Counted from the first letter of the stretch, positions 26,858 through 35,664 are shown. The stretch is DNA of 64,000 nucleotides from an uncultured Candidatus Saccharibacteria bacterium (GCA_964419675.1 CAYQPN010000002.1:67073-131072); one strand, 5' to 3'. Made by a program: numbers and translations. The notes: generated from the sequence alone by a model not told the origin.

Positions 26858-27412
26858 ATGGGTGGTGTAGCGTTTGCACTTTGGTTTTTCCTGCCGGCAG
26901 GACTGGCAAATGCCGCCCCAGTTTTGGCAAATAAATTTAAGGCCTTTAGTTACTTTGACTTCCCTTTGGACGGAAAAAAGTCATTCAGAGGGAAACGAAT
27001 CTTTGGGGATCATAAAACTCTACGTGGCTTAATTGCTGGAGTTCTAACTGCAATAATAATTGTGTGTTTTCAAATGCTTCTCTACAATAATTTTGAATTT
27101 TTCCGCACTATTTCACGCTCGATAGACTACTCCCAGTTTGAAGTTCTTCTGCTAGGTTTCGCGCTAGGTTTTGGGGCTCTTGCTGGAGACGCGATTGAAA
27201 GCTTCTTCAAAAGACAATTTAGTGTTGCTTCCGGGAAGAACTGGTTCCCATTTGATCAAATCGACTTCATCGTTGGTGGTTTACTGCTAAGCATACCCTA
27301 CGTTCTCCTAGATTTATCACAATACATAATCATAGCAATAGTCTGGTTTATACTCCATCCGTTAGGAGCGACTATTGCTTGGATGTTAAGGCTTAGAGAT
27401 TTTCCTTTTTAG
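26858..27412 (+). CDS. CarS-like (CDP-archaeol synthase family, DUF46) integral membrane cytidylyltransferase
   Basis: FFLPAGLANAAPVL...FPLDGKKSFRGKRIFGDHKTLRG...GALAGDAIESFFKRQ...FDQIDF follows the conserved CarS pattern as I recall it from archaeal CarS. Confidence 0.72.
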   Translation: MGGVAFALWFFLPAGLANAAPVLANKFKAFSYFDFPLDGKKSFRGKRIFGDHKTLRGLIAGVLTAIIIVCFQMLLYNNFEFFRTISRSIDYSQFEVLLLGFALGFGALAGDAIESFFKRQFSVASGKNWFPFDQIDFIVGGLLLSIPYVLLDLSQYIIIAIVWFILHPLGATIAWMLRLRDFPF

Positions 27413-28079
27413 ACTGCTTAAAGACATACTCATTTGCTTGTTCTATTTTGTCTAATCTACCACGGTAGTTTGTAAGAGCCAGGTCTAACTCACCCTGATT
27501 TGATGCAGTTAGGTTGTAAACAACCGTTGGCTTGAGGACATCAAGCCCACAAAAAGCCAGTGTATTATGTATTAACGGATATAGGTGTTGTTCAACGGTG
27601 GCTTTATGAATGCCTTTTGACGAGTAGTAGCTAGCTGGATCTCCAACTGAGACTACTAATAGTGCTTTCTTGCCTCTCAGTAAACCTTTTTCAAATTTAT
27701 TTTCTGCACCCCAAGCAAAACCAAGTGCAAATATTCGCTCAAACCAGCCTTTCAATATAGCCGGTGGGCCACCCCACCAGAGGGGAAAATGAAATATCAT
27801 CAAATCTGCTTCTTTTACTTTTTCCATCTCTGCTGTAATGTCAGGGCTAAATCCAGAACCGGTGTTCACCGCCCTTTGTTGCTCGAACATATAGTTTGCG
27901 TGAACTCCTGAATTGGTAGTGAAGTCCCAAACATTAGCAACTGGGTTAAACTGTTGAGCATATAAATCGCTCACAGCTACTTTATGATCAGCTCTTTCCA
28001 ATACACTCAAAGCTGTGTTGTTCATGGCAGCAACAAATGACTTCGGATCATCGTGAGCCGAAACAAGCAAAATGTTCAT
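27393..28079 (-). CDS. Flavodoxin-like fold NAD(P)H:quinone oxidoreductase family protein
   Basis: MNILLVSAHDDPKSF..., FHFPLWWGGPPAILKGWFERIF, the typical NQO/Flavodoxin_2 pattern. Confidence 0.8.
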   Translation of the reverse strand: MNILLVSAHDDPKSFVAAMNNTALSVLERADHKVAVSDLYAQQFNPVANVWDFTTNSGVHANYMFEQQRAVNTGSGFSPDITAEMEKVKEADLMIFHFPLWWGGPPAILKGWFERIFALGFAWGAENKFEKGLLRGKKALLVVSVGDPASYYSSKGIHKATVEQHLYPLIHNTLAFCGLDVLKPTVVYNLTASNQGELDLALTNYRGRLDKIEQANEYVFKQSKKENL

Positions 28080-28112
28080 GCTTATTAGTATACGATGTTT
28101 TTTGCGGAAGTG

Positions 28113-28553
28113 TTAAGCGCCAATTGGCGAAAGTGATTTTTCATTTACTTTAAGTCGCAGACTATCAATCTTCCAGCGACCTGCAACTTTTTTAAAGTTG
28201 TATTCATAAACACCGTTCATTTTCAAAACGTAACGCTCGCCTTTGTTCATTGAATAGTAGCGTGCTTCAACTTCACTCTCTGCGCTAACTTCTTTCTTTC
28301 CCGTCCGTTCAATGTTCATCGCACCAAGAGTATGTCTAGCGCTATAATAGAAATCTCTAATTAGCCTGCGCCATCCATAAGTAATATTTGTTGCAGGTCT
28401 GTTACCTGGTTTTTCCTTATTAAATACTTCCTCGTCAATATATGGCGATTCAGTAAAGAGTTGTTCAAGTTTTTGCCATTGTCCTTGATCTCGATATTCC
28501 ATAACTTGTTCAATCAATTCGCGGATATGAGCGTTAACTGCAGCTGAATACAT
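28113..28553 (-). CDS. SnoaL/NTF2-like fold protein
   Basis: 146 aa. The N-terminal helix IRELIEQVMEYRDQGQWQKLEQLF and the C-terminal GRWKIDSLRL are typical of NTF2-like proteins. Confidence 0.5.
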   Translation of the reverse strand: MYSAAVNAHIRELIEQVMEYRDQGQWQKLEQLFTESPYIDEEVFNKEKPGNRPATNITYGWRRLIRDFYYSARHTLGAMNIERTGKKEVSAESEVEARYYSMNKGERYVLKMNGVYEYNFKKVAGRWKIDSLRLKVNEKSLSPIGA

Positions 28554-28621
28554 ATTCCCTCCTTATAGATTTAAGGTTATTTCAAACCGTAGCCAAATAA
28601 TGATACATGACTCCCGAAAAA

Positions 28622-28648
28622 TTAGCAATAGCGATGCTTGAGTGCTAA
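28622..28648. promoter_or_regulatory. CIRCE-like inverted repeat (possible second HrcA operator)
   Basis: TTAGCAATA-N9-GAGTGCTAA versus consensus TTAGCACTC-N9-GAGTGCTAA (right half perfect, left half two mismatches). It lies between the divergent SnoaL-like gene and rlmH. Confidence 0.4.
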
Positions 28649-28682
28649 TTATTAGAATTCTTTATCTGTTATTATTAATTAC

Positions 28683-29138
28683 ATGACTATTAATATTTTA
28701 ACTATCGGCAGTAAATCAGGACCTGAAATTTCTTCACTTATTAATAAGTACGAGAAGCGACTACCCCGAACTATTAATATCAATTGGAAATTTATTGGCC
28801 ATGGTACTGGTGATAACCAGCTCAGTAAACAGCAGGAATCTGAGAAACTGCTTAAATATATTTCAGCAAAAGATTACGTAATACTACTTGAAGAATCAGG
28901 ACACCAGTATGACAATCAGGCCCTTTCCGTGGAGCTTTTTGAGAAGCTGGCAGGAAAGAATGTAGTAATAATTATCGGTGGTGCTTATGGAGTAACAGAC
29001 AAGATATTAGGCCGTGCAGACACAATTTGGTCACTGGGTTCTTTGGTTTTCCCACACGAATTAGTAAGACTGATGTTGATTGAACAAATTTATAGGTCGC
29101 ACACCATTAATATTGGTCATCCCTATCATCATGGCTAG
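28683..29138 (+). CDS. rlmH: 23S rRNA (pseudouridine1915-N3)-methyltransferase
   Basis: SPOUT RlmH pattern: VIIIGGAYGV, SLGSLVFPHELVRLMLIEQIYRS, PYHH. Confidence 0.88.
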   Translation: MTINILTIGSKSGPEISSLINKYEKRLPRTININWKFIGHGTGDNQLSKQQESEKLLKYISAKDYVILLEESGHQYDNQALSVELFEKLAGKNVVIIIGGAYGVTDKILGRADTIWSLGSLVFPHELVRLMLIEQIYRSHTINIGHPYHHG

Positions 29139-29773
29139 GCGGCAAGATTCTTAATCGTGTCTAATAATTCTGTGGGTGAATGCACCAGCACATCAGGTTT
29201 TGCTGGTTGTAAACCCTCCACCCCTCCTAGCCCCCAACTGACACCAATCACTTGAATTCCTGCCTTATGGCTTGCCGTAACATCTCTTGGTTCGTCACCG
29301 ACATATATTACCTGCTCCCTGCTAAGCTCATGGCGTTTTAGTATACGTTTTAAAGCTTTATCCTTTCCGAATAAAGTCTTTTCAGAAACAACAAAATCAA
29401 AATCGGGGAAATTATGTTTTCTAAAAAATTCTTTAACAAGTGGAGCTTGATTTGAAGTTAAGACACCGATAGAAAATCCACTATGCCTCAAGCCTTCTAG
29501 CATTGAAACGATGCCTTCGTAAGGAAGGACCTCGTCCATATGTTGTCGCATCTCTCTACCGATTGTTAGCACAATTCTAGGGAACATCGAGTATCTTATA
29601 TTCTTAGCTTTCATGGCCTTTTTATAACCAAGCTTTCTGAGAGACGGAAATTCTTGTTTTGTTAACGGTAAATAGCCGAATTGTTCAGCATGTTTGTTAT
29701 ACAGCCTGAATACGAGGTCTATACTATTGGCTAATGTCCCATCAAAATCAAAAATTACTGTTGCTCTACTCAT
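29135..29773 (-). CDS. HAD-superfamily phosphatase (phosphoglycolate phosphatase-like)
   Basis: VIFDFDGTLANS, GVLTSN, YVGDEPRDV. Confidence 0.85.
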   Translation of the reverse strand: MSRATVIFDFDGTLANSIDLVFRLYNKHAEQFGYLPLTKQEFPSLRKLGYKKAMKAKNIRYSMFPRIVLTIGREMRQHMDEVLPYEGIVSMLEGLRHSGFSIGVLTSNQAPLVKEFFRKHNFPDFDFVVSEKTLFGKDKALKRILKRHELSREQVIYVGDEPRDVTASHKAGIQVIGVSWGLGGVEGLQPAKPDVLVHSPTELLDTIKNLAA

Positions 29774-29780
29774 AACATAA

Positions 29781-30380
29781 TCATTGTACTATCTCTGAGA
29801 TTTTTTGAACCTCTTTATGTTTAAAACAGTCTGTCGCATGATCGTTTACTATCCCCGTTGCTTGCAAATGCGCATAGATTATAGTTGAGCCGACAAAACT
29901 CATCCCGCGTTTTTTTAAATCACTGCTTATAGAGTCCGACAAGTGCGTTGTTGCCGGAATTTCTTTAGCTGATTTATCCAAGTTAACTACTTGTTTGTTG
30001 CCTACAAACCCCCACATATAGCTTGTGAAGCTACCAAATTCCTTCTGGATGCTTAAGAAAACTCTCGAATTATTTATGGCAGCTCTTATTTTCAGCTTAT
30101 TTCGAATAATACCCACGTCCTTAACTAAACGATCAAAATCTTTTTCAGTAAACTTTGAAACTTTTTCTACGTCAAAGTTTGCAAAGGCCCTACGATACCC
30201 GTCACGGCGTTTAAGAATAGTAATCCAGCTCAATCCAGCTTGCGCACTTTCTAGTGTTAAAAATTCAAACTGTTTTTTGTCATCATAAACAGGTACTCCC
30301 CACTCCTCGTCATGATATTTTACATAAATTGGGTCTGTGCCGACCCAGCCACAACGTTGTTTTGTATTTTCTTTTTTCAT
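29781..30380 (-). CDS. tag: DNA-3-methyladenine glycosylase I
   Basis: RCGWVGTDPIYVKYHDEEWGVP, FLTLESAQAGLSW, DHATDCF. Confidence 0.92.
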   Translation of the reverse strand: MKKENTKQRCGWVGTDPIYVKYHDEEWGVPVYDDKKQFEFLTLESAQAGLSWITILKRRDGYRRAFANFDVEKVSKFTEKDFDRLVKDVGIIRNKLKIRAAINNSRVFLSIQKEFGSFTSYMWGFVGNKQVVNLDKSAKEIPATTHLSDSISSDLKKRGMSFVGSTIIYAHLQATGIVNDHATDCFKHKEVQKISEIVQ

Positions 30381-30400
30381 ATTTGTTTCGAGATTCGTGC

Positions 30401-30817
30401 TTAGTTTGCTAGCCCAGGATTTTTTGCAGCTTCTTGGATTACTTTTTTCAACGTATCCAGATTCAAATCTTTTAGTTTCTTAAACCGAATACAACTTCTA
30501 CCGACACTGACTTTTCCCAGTTCTTCTTTATACTTCTCAGCTACATATTGACCATCCGCTACTGCGCAGACATATACACTTACGTAATTTTTTTGACTAG
30601 CTACAGATATTACGGGCCAGTCCAACTTCTCTTTTTTATTATTCGTATACTCAAAAGCTCCATATCCTGGCATATTGTAAGAAAAATGAGGCTGTAGACT
30701 CGGTGCTGTAGTACGAATTATTTTGTCGACTGCTTCCAATATTTTTCTTCTGTCAGGAGTCAACATACCCAAATATTCTTCTGTTGAATTGGCGCTTACC
30801 GGTTTAAACATGTTCAT
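30401..30817 (-). CDS. DUF1801/YdhG-like protein
   Basis: 138 aa. The pattern ...ILEAVDKIIRTTAP...YNMPGY...GRSCIRFKKLKDLNLDTLKKVI is typical of the family. Confidence 0.55.
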   Translation of the reverse strand: MNMFKPVSANSTEEYLGMLTPDRRKILEAVDKIIRTTAPSLQPHFSYNMPGYGAFEYTNNKKEKLDWPVISVASQKNYVSVYVCAVADGQYVAEKYKEELGKVSVGRSCIRFKKLKDLNLDTLKKVIQEAAKNPGLAN

Positions 30818-30821
30818 GTTT

Positions 30822-31751
30822 TTAGGCCTCTGTTTTTGGAGTACGTGTGTGAGTAGTCTTGCTCACTTCATTAGCAGTAATCATGGCATTACGAAGCTGT
30901 TCGGCTATATCGTTCATGCCAGCAGGGCTATGCGGAATCATGATTGTGTTGCTGTTTGAACTAATTCCCACCTCTTTTAGAGTGTCGAAATACTGAGTCA
31001 TTAGGACTAGGTTCATAACGTCTTGTGCATTAGTGCCGTGAACATCGGTTTGAAAGTCAGCTACACTATCCTTTAATCCATTTATAATTGCTGTACGCTG
31101 ATCTGCAATACCTTTACCTTGCAAAGCTTTGCTTTCAGCTTCGCCCTCGGCAGCCTTAACTACTCTGATTTTATCAGCTTCGGCCTGCTCTACCGCAGCT
31201 ACTCGCAACCGCTGAGCAGCATTTATCTGGTTCATGCTGGCTTTAACGTTTGCGTCTGGGTCAATATCGGTTACGAGTGTTTTTGTTATTCCATAACCAA
31301 AGTCATCCATTATTTGTTCCAGTTCAATTTTTACCGCCTGAGCAATATTATCTTTAGTTTCAAATACATCATCTAAATTAATGCTTGGCACCCTGGCCCG
31401 TACTACGTCATACACATAACTTGTAATCTGAGCTTCGGCATTCTGCAGTTTATAAAAAGCATCTATGACTTTTTCAGGTATTACGAAATATTGAACACTT
31501 ACAATGACAAATACAAATACGTTATCTTTAGTCTTGGTCTCAACCCGCACGTCTAATTGGCGTACTCTGAGAGATAAGCGCCCAGCAACTCTGTCAATCA
31601 ACGGGATCTTAAAATTCAAACCCGCGCCCGCGATACGCTTGAATTTCCCAAACCTCTCCACTATTGCTGCTGTTTGCTGCTTGACAGTAAATAGGCCTGT
31701 GAATATAAATACGACTATTACTATTGAGAAAAACACTACTGAATCCATCAT
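30822..31751 (-). CDS. SPFH/band-7 (stomatin/prohibitin-like) membrane protein
   Basis: N-terminal TM, then VKQQTAAIVERFGKFKRIAGAGLNFKIPLIDRV and an Ala/Glu-rich coiled region. Confidence 0.88.
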   Translation of the reverse strand: MMDSVVFFSIVIVVFIFTGLFTVKQQTAAIVERFGKFKRIAGAGLNFKIPLIDRVAGRLSLRVRQLDVRVETKTKDNVFVFVIVSVQYFVIPEKVIDAFYKLQNAEAQITSYVYDVVRARVPSINLDDVFETKDNIAQAVKIELEQIMDDFGYGITKTLVTDIDPDANVKASMNQINAAQRLRVAAVEQAEADKIRVVKAAEGEAESKALQGKGIADQRTAIINGLKDSVADFQTDVHGTNAQDVMNLVLMTQYFDTLKEVGISSNSNTIMIPHSPAGMNDIAEQLRNAMITANEVSKTTHTRTPKTEA

Positions 31752-31856
31752 TCCTCCTCTTTATAAATATTAGTATAACTATAAATAATTAGGCTACAAA
31801 ATCCTTCACTACTTAGCCAAAATAATAAACCGGCCAAGGTGGTCGATTCTTTAGTT

Positions 31857-32021
31857 TGGAGGAGAGGGAGAGATGAGTAGCCTAAATAATCTATGCGCCG
31901 AATGCAATTCGGGCACTAGACTATTTAGCGAGCTCTTTTTTGCTAAAGCAAAAAGTCAGGTTCGAATTCTTCCAGCTACAACAACACAGAAAGCCACGTC
32001 TATGGACACGACTTGTTGTAT
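31857..32021 (-). other. tRNA 3'-end echo module downstream of tRNA-Ser(UGA)
   Basis: The 18 nt at 31857-31874 (tggaggagagggagagat) repeat the tRNA 3' end 32022-32039 (tggcggagagggagagat) with one mismatch at the discriminator; the offset is 165. In between lie an 8-bp closing hairpin (TACAACAA...TTGTTGTA), a TTCGAA T-loop-like box (31961-31966) and two further hairpins. Confidence 0.6.
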
Positions 32022-32111
32022 TGGCGGAGAGGGAGAGATTCGAACTCTCGAGACCCTTGCGGGCCTGACGGTTTTCAAGACCGTTTCCTTAAACCACTCG
32101 GACACCTCTCC
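32022..32111 (-). tRNA. tRNA-Ser (anticodon UGA), CCA encoded
   Basis: Hand fold: acceptor GGAGAGG/CCTCTCC, D stem TCC/GGA, anticodon stem ACGGT/ACCGT with loop CTTGAAA, long variable arm, T arm GAGAG-TTCGAAT-CTCTC, G-CCA. Confidence 0.93.
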
Positions 32112-32156
32112 TAGCTCGAGCAATTATAACAGAGATAAAATCAGGTTGCTAGATTC

Positions 32157-32246
32157 TGGCGGAGAGAGTGGGATTTGAACCCACGATACTCTTACGAGTA
32201 AACCGCCTTTCCAAGGCGGCGCCATAGGCCACTAGGCGACCTCTCC
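32157..32246 (-). tRNA. tRNA-Ser (anticodon GGA), CCA encoded
   Basis: Hand fold: acceptor GGAGAGG/TCTCTCC, anticodon stem CCGCC/GGCGG with loop TTGGAAA, long variable arm, T arm GTGGG-TTCAAAT-CCCAC, G-CCA. Confidence 0.93.
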
Positions 32247-32254
32247 ATAATTCC

Positions 32255-32303
32255 AAATTAAAGAACCCGGATTTAATTATACTCAAATTAAAAGTCCGGG
32301 TTC
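32255..32303 (-). terminator. Long hairpin with T-rich tail downstream of the 32317-32760 gene
   Basis: GAACCCGGA (32263-32271) pairs with TCCGGGTTC (32295-32303). The loop carries an internal TTTAATT/AATTAAA pairing. A T-rich run follows on the minus strand. Confidence 0.5.
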
Positions 32304-32316
32304 TCGTTAAATACTA

Positions 32317-32760
32317 CTAGCTATTAGAGCCAGAGGCTTTGCTATTCTTCATTTTCATTGCTGCGTGAACTGTCATTGCGACTGCGCCGGCAGCTGTTAG
32401 CCAAAAGCCTATGCCAGTTTTGACATATGAGCCTAGACCGCTATCAGGGTAATTTGAGAATACTATTAATAGTGCAACCACTCCGGCAATTAAACCGACT
32501 GTTGTCATCATTTTCTTCTCTTGGTTCATAACATTTAGTGCTGCCCCGGCTGCTGCAACCGCACAAAGAAGCAATAATATTCCTGTGCTGTTTAGCCCTG
32601 GGCTAACTGATCTTGAAATTCCAAAGATTGAAACAGAGTACCAAGGTAGGAACAAGCCAACAACTGTTGCTGCTGCCCCGCCAACTCCTAGTGCTAACAT
32701 TCTGTCTTTCTTAAGTTGATCTACTACTTTTGATGCGTCGAATTTCTCTGATTCTGCCAT
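32317..32760 (-). CDS. Hypothetical polytopic membrane protein
   Basis: 147 aa with four Gly/Ala-rich hydrophobic helices. Confidence 0.55.
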   Translation of the reverse strand: MAESEKFDASKVVDQLKKDRMLALGVGGAAATVVGLFLPWYSVSIFGISRSVSPGLNSTGILLLLCAVAAAGAALNVMNQEKKMMTTVGLIAGVVALLIVFSNYPDSGLGSYVKTGIGFWLTAAGAVAMTVHAAMKMKNSKASGSNS

Positions 32761-32962
32761 AACACTCCTCTATTTAAAGTTATACTGATATCTTACTCCT
32801 ACTGGTTTCTAAATAAAAATATAAAGTAAACAAAATGAACAATTTTTGTATTTAAACTTGATGTTAAGCATTTTACAGATGTAGTATATATAAAGATCAA
32901 TAACTAAATATCCTGTATTTAATACGAAACAGGTATATAAAAGGCAATTTAGCGAGAAATTA

Positions 32963-33853
32963 ATGCCAATAATTGAAATAACCGAACTCTCAAAATTGTA
33001 CGGCTTTGGCGATGCTACCACTGTAGCGTTGGACGAAGTCAGTCTAACTATTGAAAAAGGAGAATTTATTGCTGTTATGGGCCCGAGCGGCTCTGGCAAG
33101 ACAACTTTAATGAACGTCATCGGTCTATTAGACAAACCGACTCATGGAGTTTACAAATTGAACACTAAAGATGTGTCTAGGCTTAGCAAAAATCGCCAAG
33201 CAAAGGCTCGTCGAGATAACATTGGCTTTATATTTCAATCTTTTAACTTGCTGCCGAAATTAACTGTGATTGAGAACGTTGCGCTACCCCTAGCATATAA
33301 AGGCATGCGTCAGGTAAGAAGACTGAGGGCAGCCGAGAGTACATTGAGCCAGGTAGGATTAAGTGATAGAGAATACTACTTACCGTCTCAGTTATCTGGC
33401 GGACAATTGCAACGTGCCGCAATTGCAAGAGCTCTCGTAAACGGACCCAGCATTATCATTGCTGACGAACCTACTGGAAATCTAGACAGTGTTTCTGCAA
33501 GAGTAGTAATGGAGCTACTAAGCGACATCCACAAGCTTGGGAACACTGTTTTAATGGTAACTCACAACCCTTCCCTCACCCGTTATGCCGACCGAATAAT
33601 CTATATGCTAGACGGCAGTATTGTCTACGATGAAGCCAGTGTAGTTGGTGAAATACCATCAAGAGTACAGCGAGCAATAAGTGCGCTTAGGAAATCGGAT
33701 GACGACGAAAAACTCGCAAATGTTAGTGCCTTGATGGAGACCATGCCAGATAACCAGGTGGTTGCAACTCGGGAGAGAGCCAAACAAGGTAGACGAAAAG
33801 GCCTGAGAAAAAAGAAGAACAAATCTACTACCTCATCGAGGAGAAATAAATGA
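32963..33853 (+). CDS. ABC transporter ATP-binding protein (MacB/LolD/FtsE-like) with basic C-terminal tail
   Basis: Walker A GPSGSGKTT, signature LSGGQLQR, Walker B IIIADEPTGNLD. Confidence 0.92.
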   Translation: MPIIEITELSKLYGFGDATTVALDEVSLTIEKGEFIAVMGPSGSGKTTLMNVIGLLDKPTHGVYKLNTKDVSRLSKNRQAKARRDNIGFIFQSFNLLPKLTVIENVALPLAYKGMRQVRRLRAAESTLSQVGLSDREYYLPSQLSGGQLQRAAIARALVNGPSIIIADEPTGNLDSVSARVVMELLSDIHKLGNTVLMVTHNPSLTRYADRIIYMLDGSIVYDEASVVGEIPSRVQRAISALRKSDDDEKLANVSALMETMPDNQVVATRERAKQGRRKGLRKKKNKSTTSSRRNK

Positions 33854-35064
33854 TTCCAGAATACGTAAAAATGGCGTTGTCATCAATCCGGAGTGCCCGT
33901 TTTAGGAGCGCCCTGACAATGTTTGGGATAATAGTTGGTGTAAGTTCAGTCGTAACCATTGTTTCACTGGGAGAAGGCATAAAACACCAGATAACAAATC
34001 AGGTGGGTGAAATTGGAGATTCTCTAATCGTTGTAAGACCAGGAAAGCAAACTAAGGCTAGAGCTGTCAGCTTAGATGCCCTGCGTAATTTTTCAGGAGG
34101 GGGTGGAAGTTTAAGCGAGAAAGACTGGAGAGATGCAGAAAAAGTTACAGGAGTATCGTCTGTTGTGCCGGTTGGGGTTATCAGCGGAGTCGCTGGATAC
34201 GGAGACAGAGAATACAGCGGAAGCATAATTGCTAGTACTTCCCGTTTACCGATTTTGTTAAACCAGCAAATTGAGTTTGGATCATTTTTTAGCGCTCAAG
34301 ACAACGATAGCAAAGTAGCAGTCATCGGTCGTGACGTAGCTGAACAATTATTTCAAGAGAATGTTCCAATTGGAAAAAGACTACGAATCAGAGGTGTTGA
34401 TTTTGTGGTCCAGGGCATATTTGAACAGCAAAACTCAGGTACTTTTGCAACAATTAATGTGAACGATTCAATTTTTATTCCATATGACGCAGCCAGGTCA
34501 ATCAACACAAACATCCAGCTATTGCAGCTTTTTGTAGAAGCCGACAAACCAGAAGATATTGGAACTGTAGCCTCTACAGTACGCTCTACCTTGAAAGCCA
34601 ATCACGCTGGTCAAGAAGATTTTTCAGTACTCGAAAAAGAAGAGGCCCTTGAAGCTACAAATGAGGTATTTTATCAATTAACGGTGTTTATCGCAGGAGT
34701 AGCTTTTATCTCGTTTATTGTAGGTGGCATCGGCATTATGAACATTATGTTTGCAACCGTCAGCGAAAGAACAAGGGAGATTGGTGTGCGTAAATCAATA
34801 GGTGCCACCAACAACCAGATACTTGGACAGTTCTTAATGGAAGCGGTTGTACTGAGCCTGGTTGGCGGTATTTTAGGAATCGTAGTTTCGCTACTTGCAA
34901 ACGTTGTTATACGGGTTACGACAGATCTTCAGCCTGTAATCACCTTACCTGTCGTCGTGGTGGTTTTCGGGCTATCGACTGTAACGGGAGTTATTTCAGG
35001 TCTCTTGCCCGCAGCTAAGGCATCCCGTAAAGATCCTATCACTGCGTTGCGCGATGGAGGCTAG
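33850..35064 (+). CDS. ABC transporter permease (MacB/FtsX-type)
   Basis: N-terminal TM, a large periplasmic-type domain, and a C-terminal FtsX region with ERTREIGVRKSIGAT. ATGA overlap with the ATPase gene. Confidence 0.9.
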   Translation: MIPEYVKMALSSIRSARFRSALTMFGIIVGVSSVVTIVSLGEGIKHQITNQVGEIGDSLIVVRPGKQTKARAVSLDALRNFSGGGGSLSEKDWRDAEKVTGVSSVVPVGVISGVAGYGDREYSGSIIASTSRLPILLNQQIEFGSFFSAQDNDSKVAVIGRDVAEQLFQENVPIGKRLRIRGVDFVVQGIFEQQNSGTFATINVNDSIFIPYDAARSINTNIQLLQLFVEADKPEDIGTVASTVRSTLKANHAGQEDFSVLEKEEALEATNEVFYQLTVFIAGVAFISFIVGGIGIMNIMFATVSERTREIGVRKSIGATNNQILGQFLMEAVVLSLVGGILGIVVSLLANVVIRVTTDLQPVITLPVVVVVFGLSTVTGVISGLLPAAKASRKDPITALRDGG

Positions 35065-35067
35065 AGG

Positions 35068-35664
35068 GTGAGATTACGTCGTTTAAATAATCTACTATCA
35101 CTATTGATTATTGCACTAGGTTTATATATTTCATTTTCACCGTTTTTGCCTGAAATTGCATATCGCTTGAGAGATAAATCAGCTGATGCATCAGCTCCTT
35201 ACTCGGGTGAACTGGCAAAAGAAGAAGGGTCTAGTTCTACTGCCCCTACACCATCCGACAACCGTATAGTCATACCTTCTATCCAACTTAATGAGCCAAT
35301 CTTTGAGGGAGGTGGAATCGGGGTTATTCGAGACGGCGGAACTTGGCGCAGGCCAGGCACCTCTGAACCAACTAAAATCGGAAACACCGTTATCATCGGA
35401 CACAGATTTTACGGGAATAACATTTCAACGTTCTATCATTTTGATAAAGTATTGGTTGGTCAAAAATTGGCTATTTATTGGGAAGGAAAAGAATTATTGT
35501 ATGAAGTGGCAGAAACTAAAGTTGTAGAGACCACCGCTGTCGAAATTGAGGCCCCAACGTCTGACAGAAGGTTGACCCTTTATACTTGCACCCCAATTTG
35601 GACAGCAAAACAGCGACTGGTGGTGGTTGCAAAGCCTGTGAACGCACTTGATAATAATAAATAA
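35068..35664 (+). CDS. Sortase family transpeptidase
   Basis: N-terminal TM, catalytic His IIGHRF, TLxTC motif LTLYTCTP, and downstream Arg (QRLVVV). GTG start 4 nt after the permease stop. Confidence 0.88.
   Translation: MRLRRLNNLLSLLIIALGLYISFSPFLPEIAYRLRDKSADASAPYSGELAKEEGSSSTAPTPSDNRIVIPSIQLNEPIFEGGGIGVIRDGGTWRRPGTSEPTKIGNTVIIGHRFYGNNISTFYHFDKVLVGQKLAIYWEGKELLYEVAETKVVETTAVEIEAPTSDRRLTLYTCTPIWTAKQRLVVVAKPVNALDNNK

Noticed and set aside
31857-32021. Reading module A as tmRNA, SRP RNA or a third (intron-containing or plus-strand) tRNA
   Set aside because: No 5' acceptor partner (CCTCTCC-type) exists for the copied 3' end. The TTCGAA boxes are not flanked by complementary 5-bp T-stems in either orientation. 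There is no tag-peptide reading frame ending in a typical tmRNA tag. No SRP GNAR-loop or AGCA-type motifs were seen.
31873-32178. 101-aa plus-strand ORF preceded by a GGAGG-like sequence
   Set aside because: It runs straight through two hand-folded tRNA-Ser genes on the opposite strand. The apparent Shine-Dalgarno is the reverse complement of the tRNA-like acceptor copy of the echo module.
32809-33135. 108-aa minus-strand ORF
   Set aside because: It overlaps the start of the well-supported ABC ATPase gene on the other strand. The remainder is AT-rich intergenic sequence.
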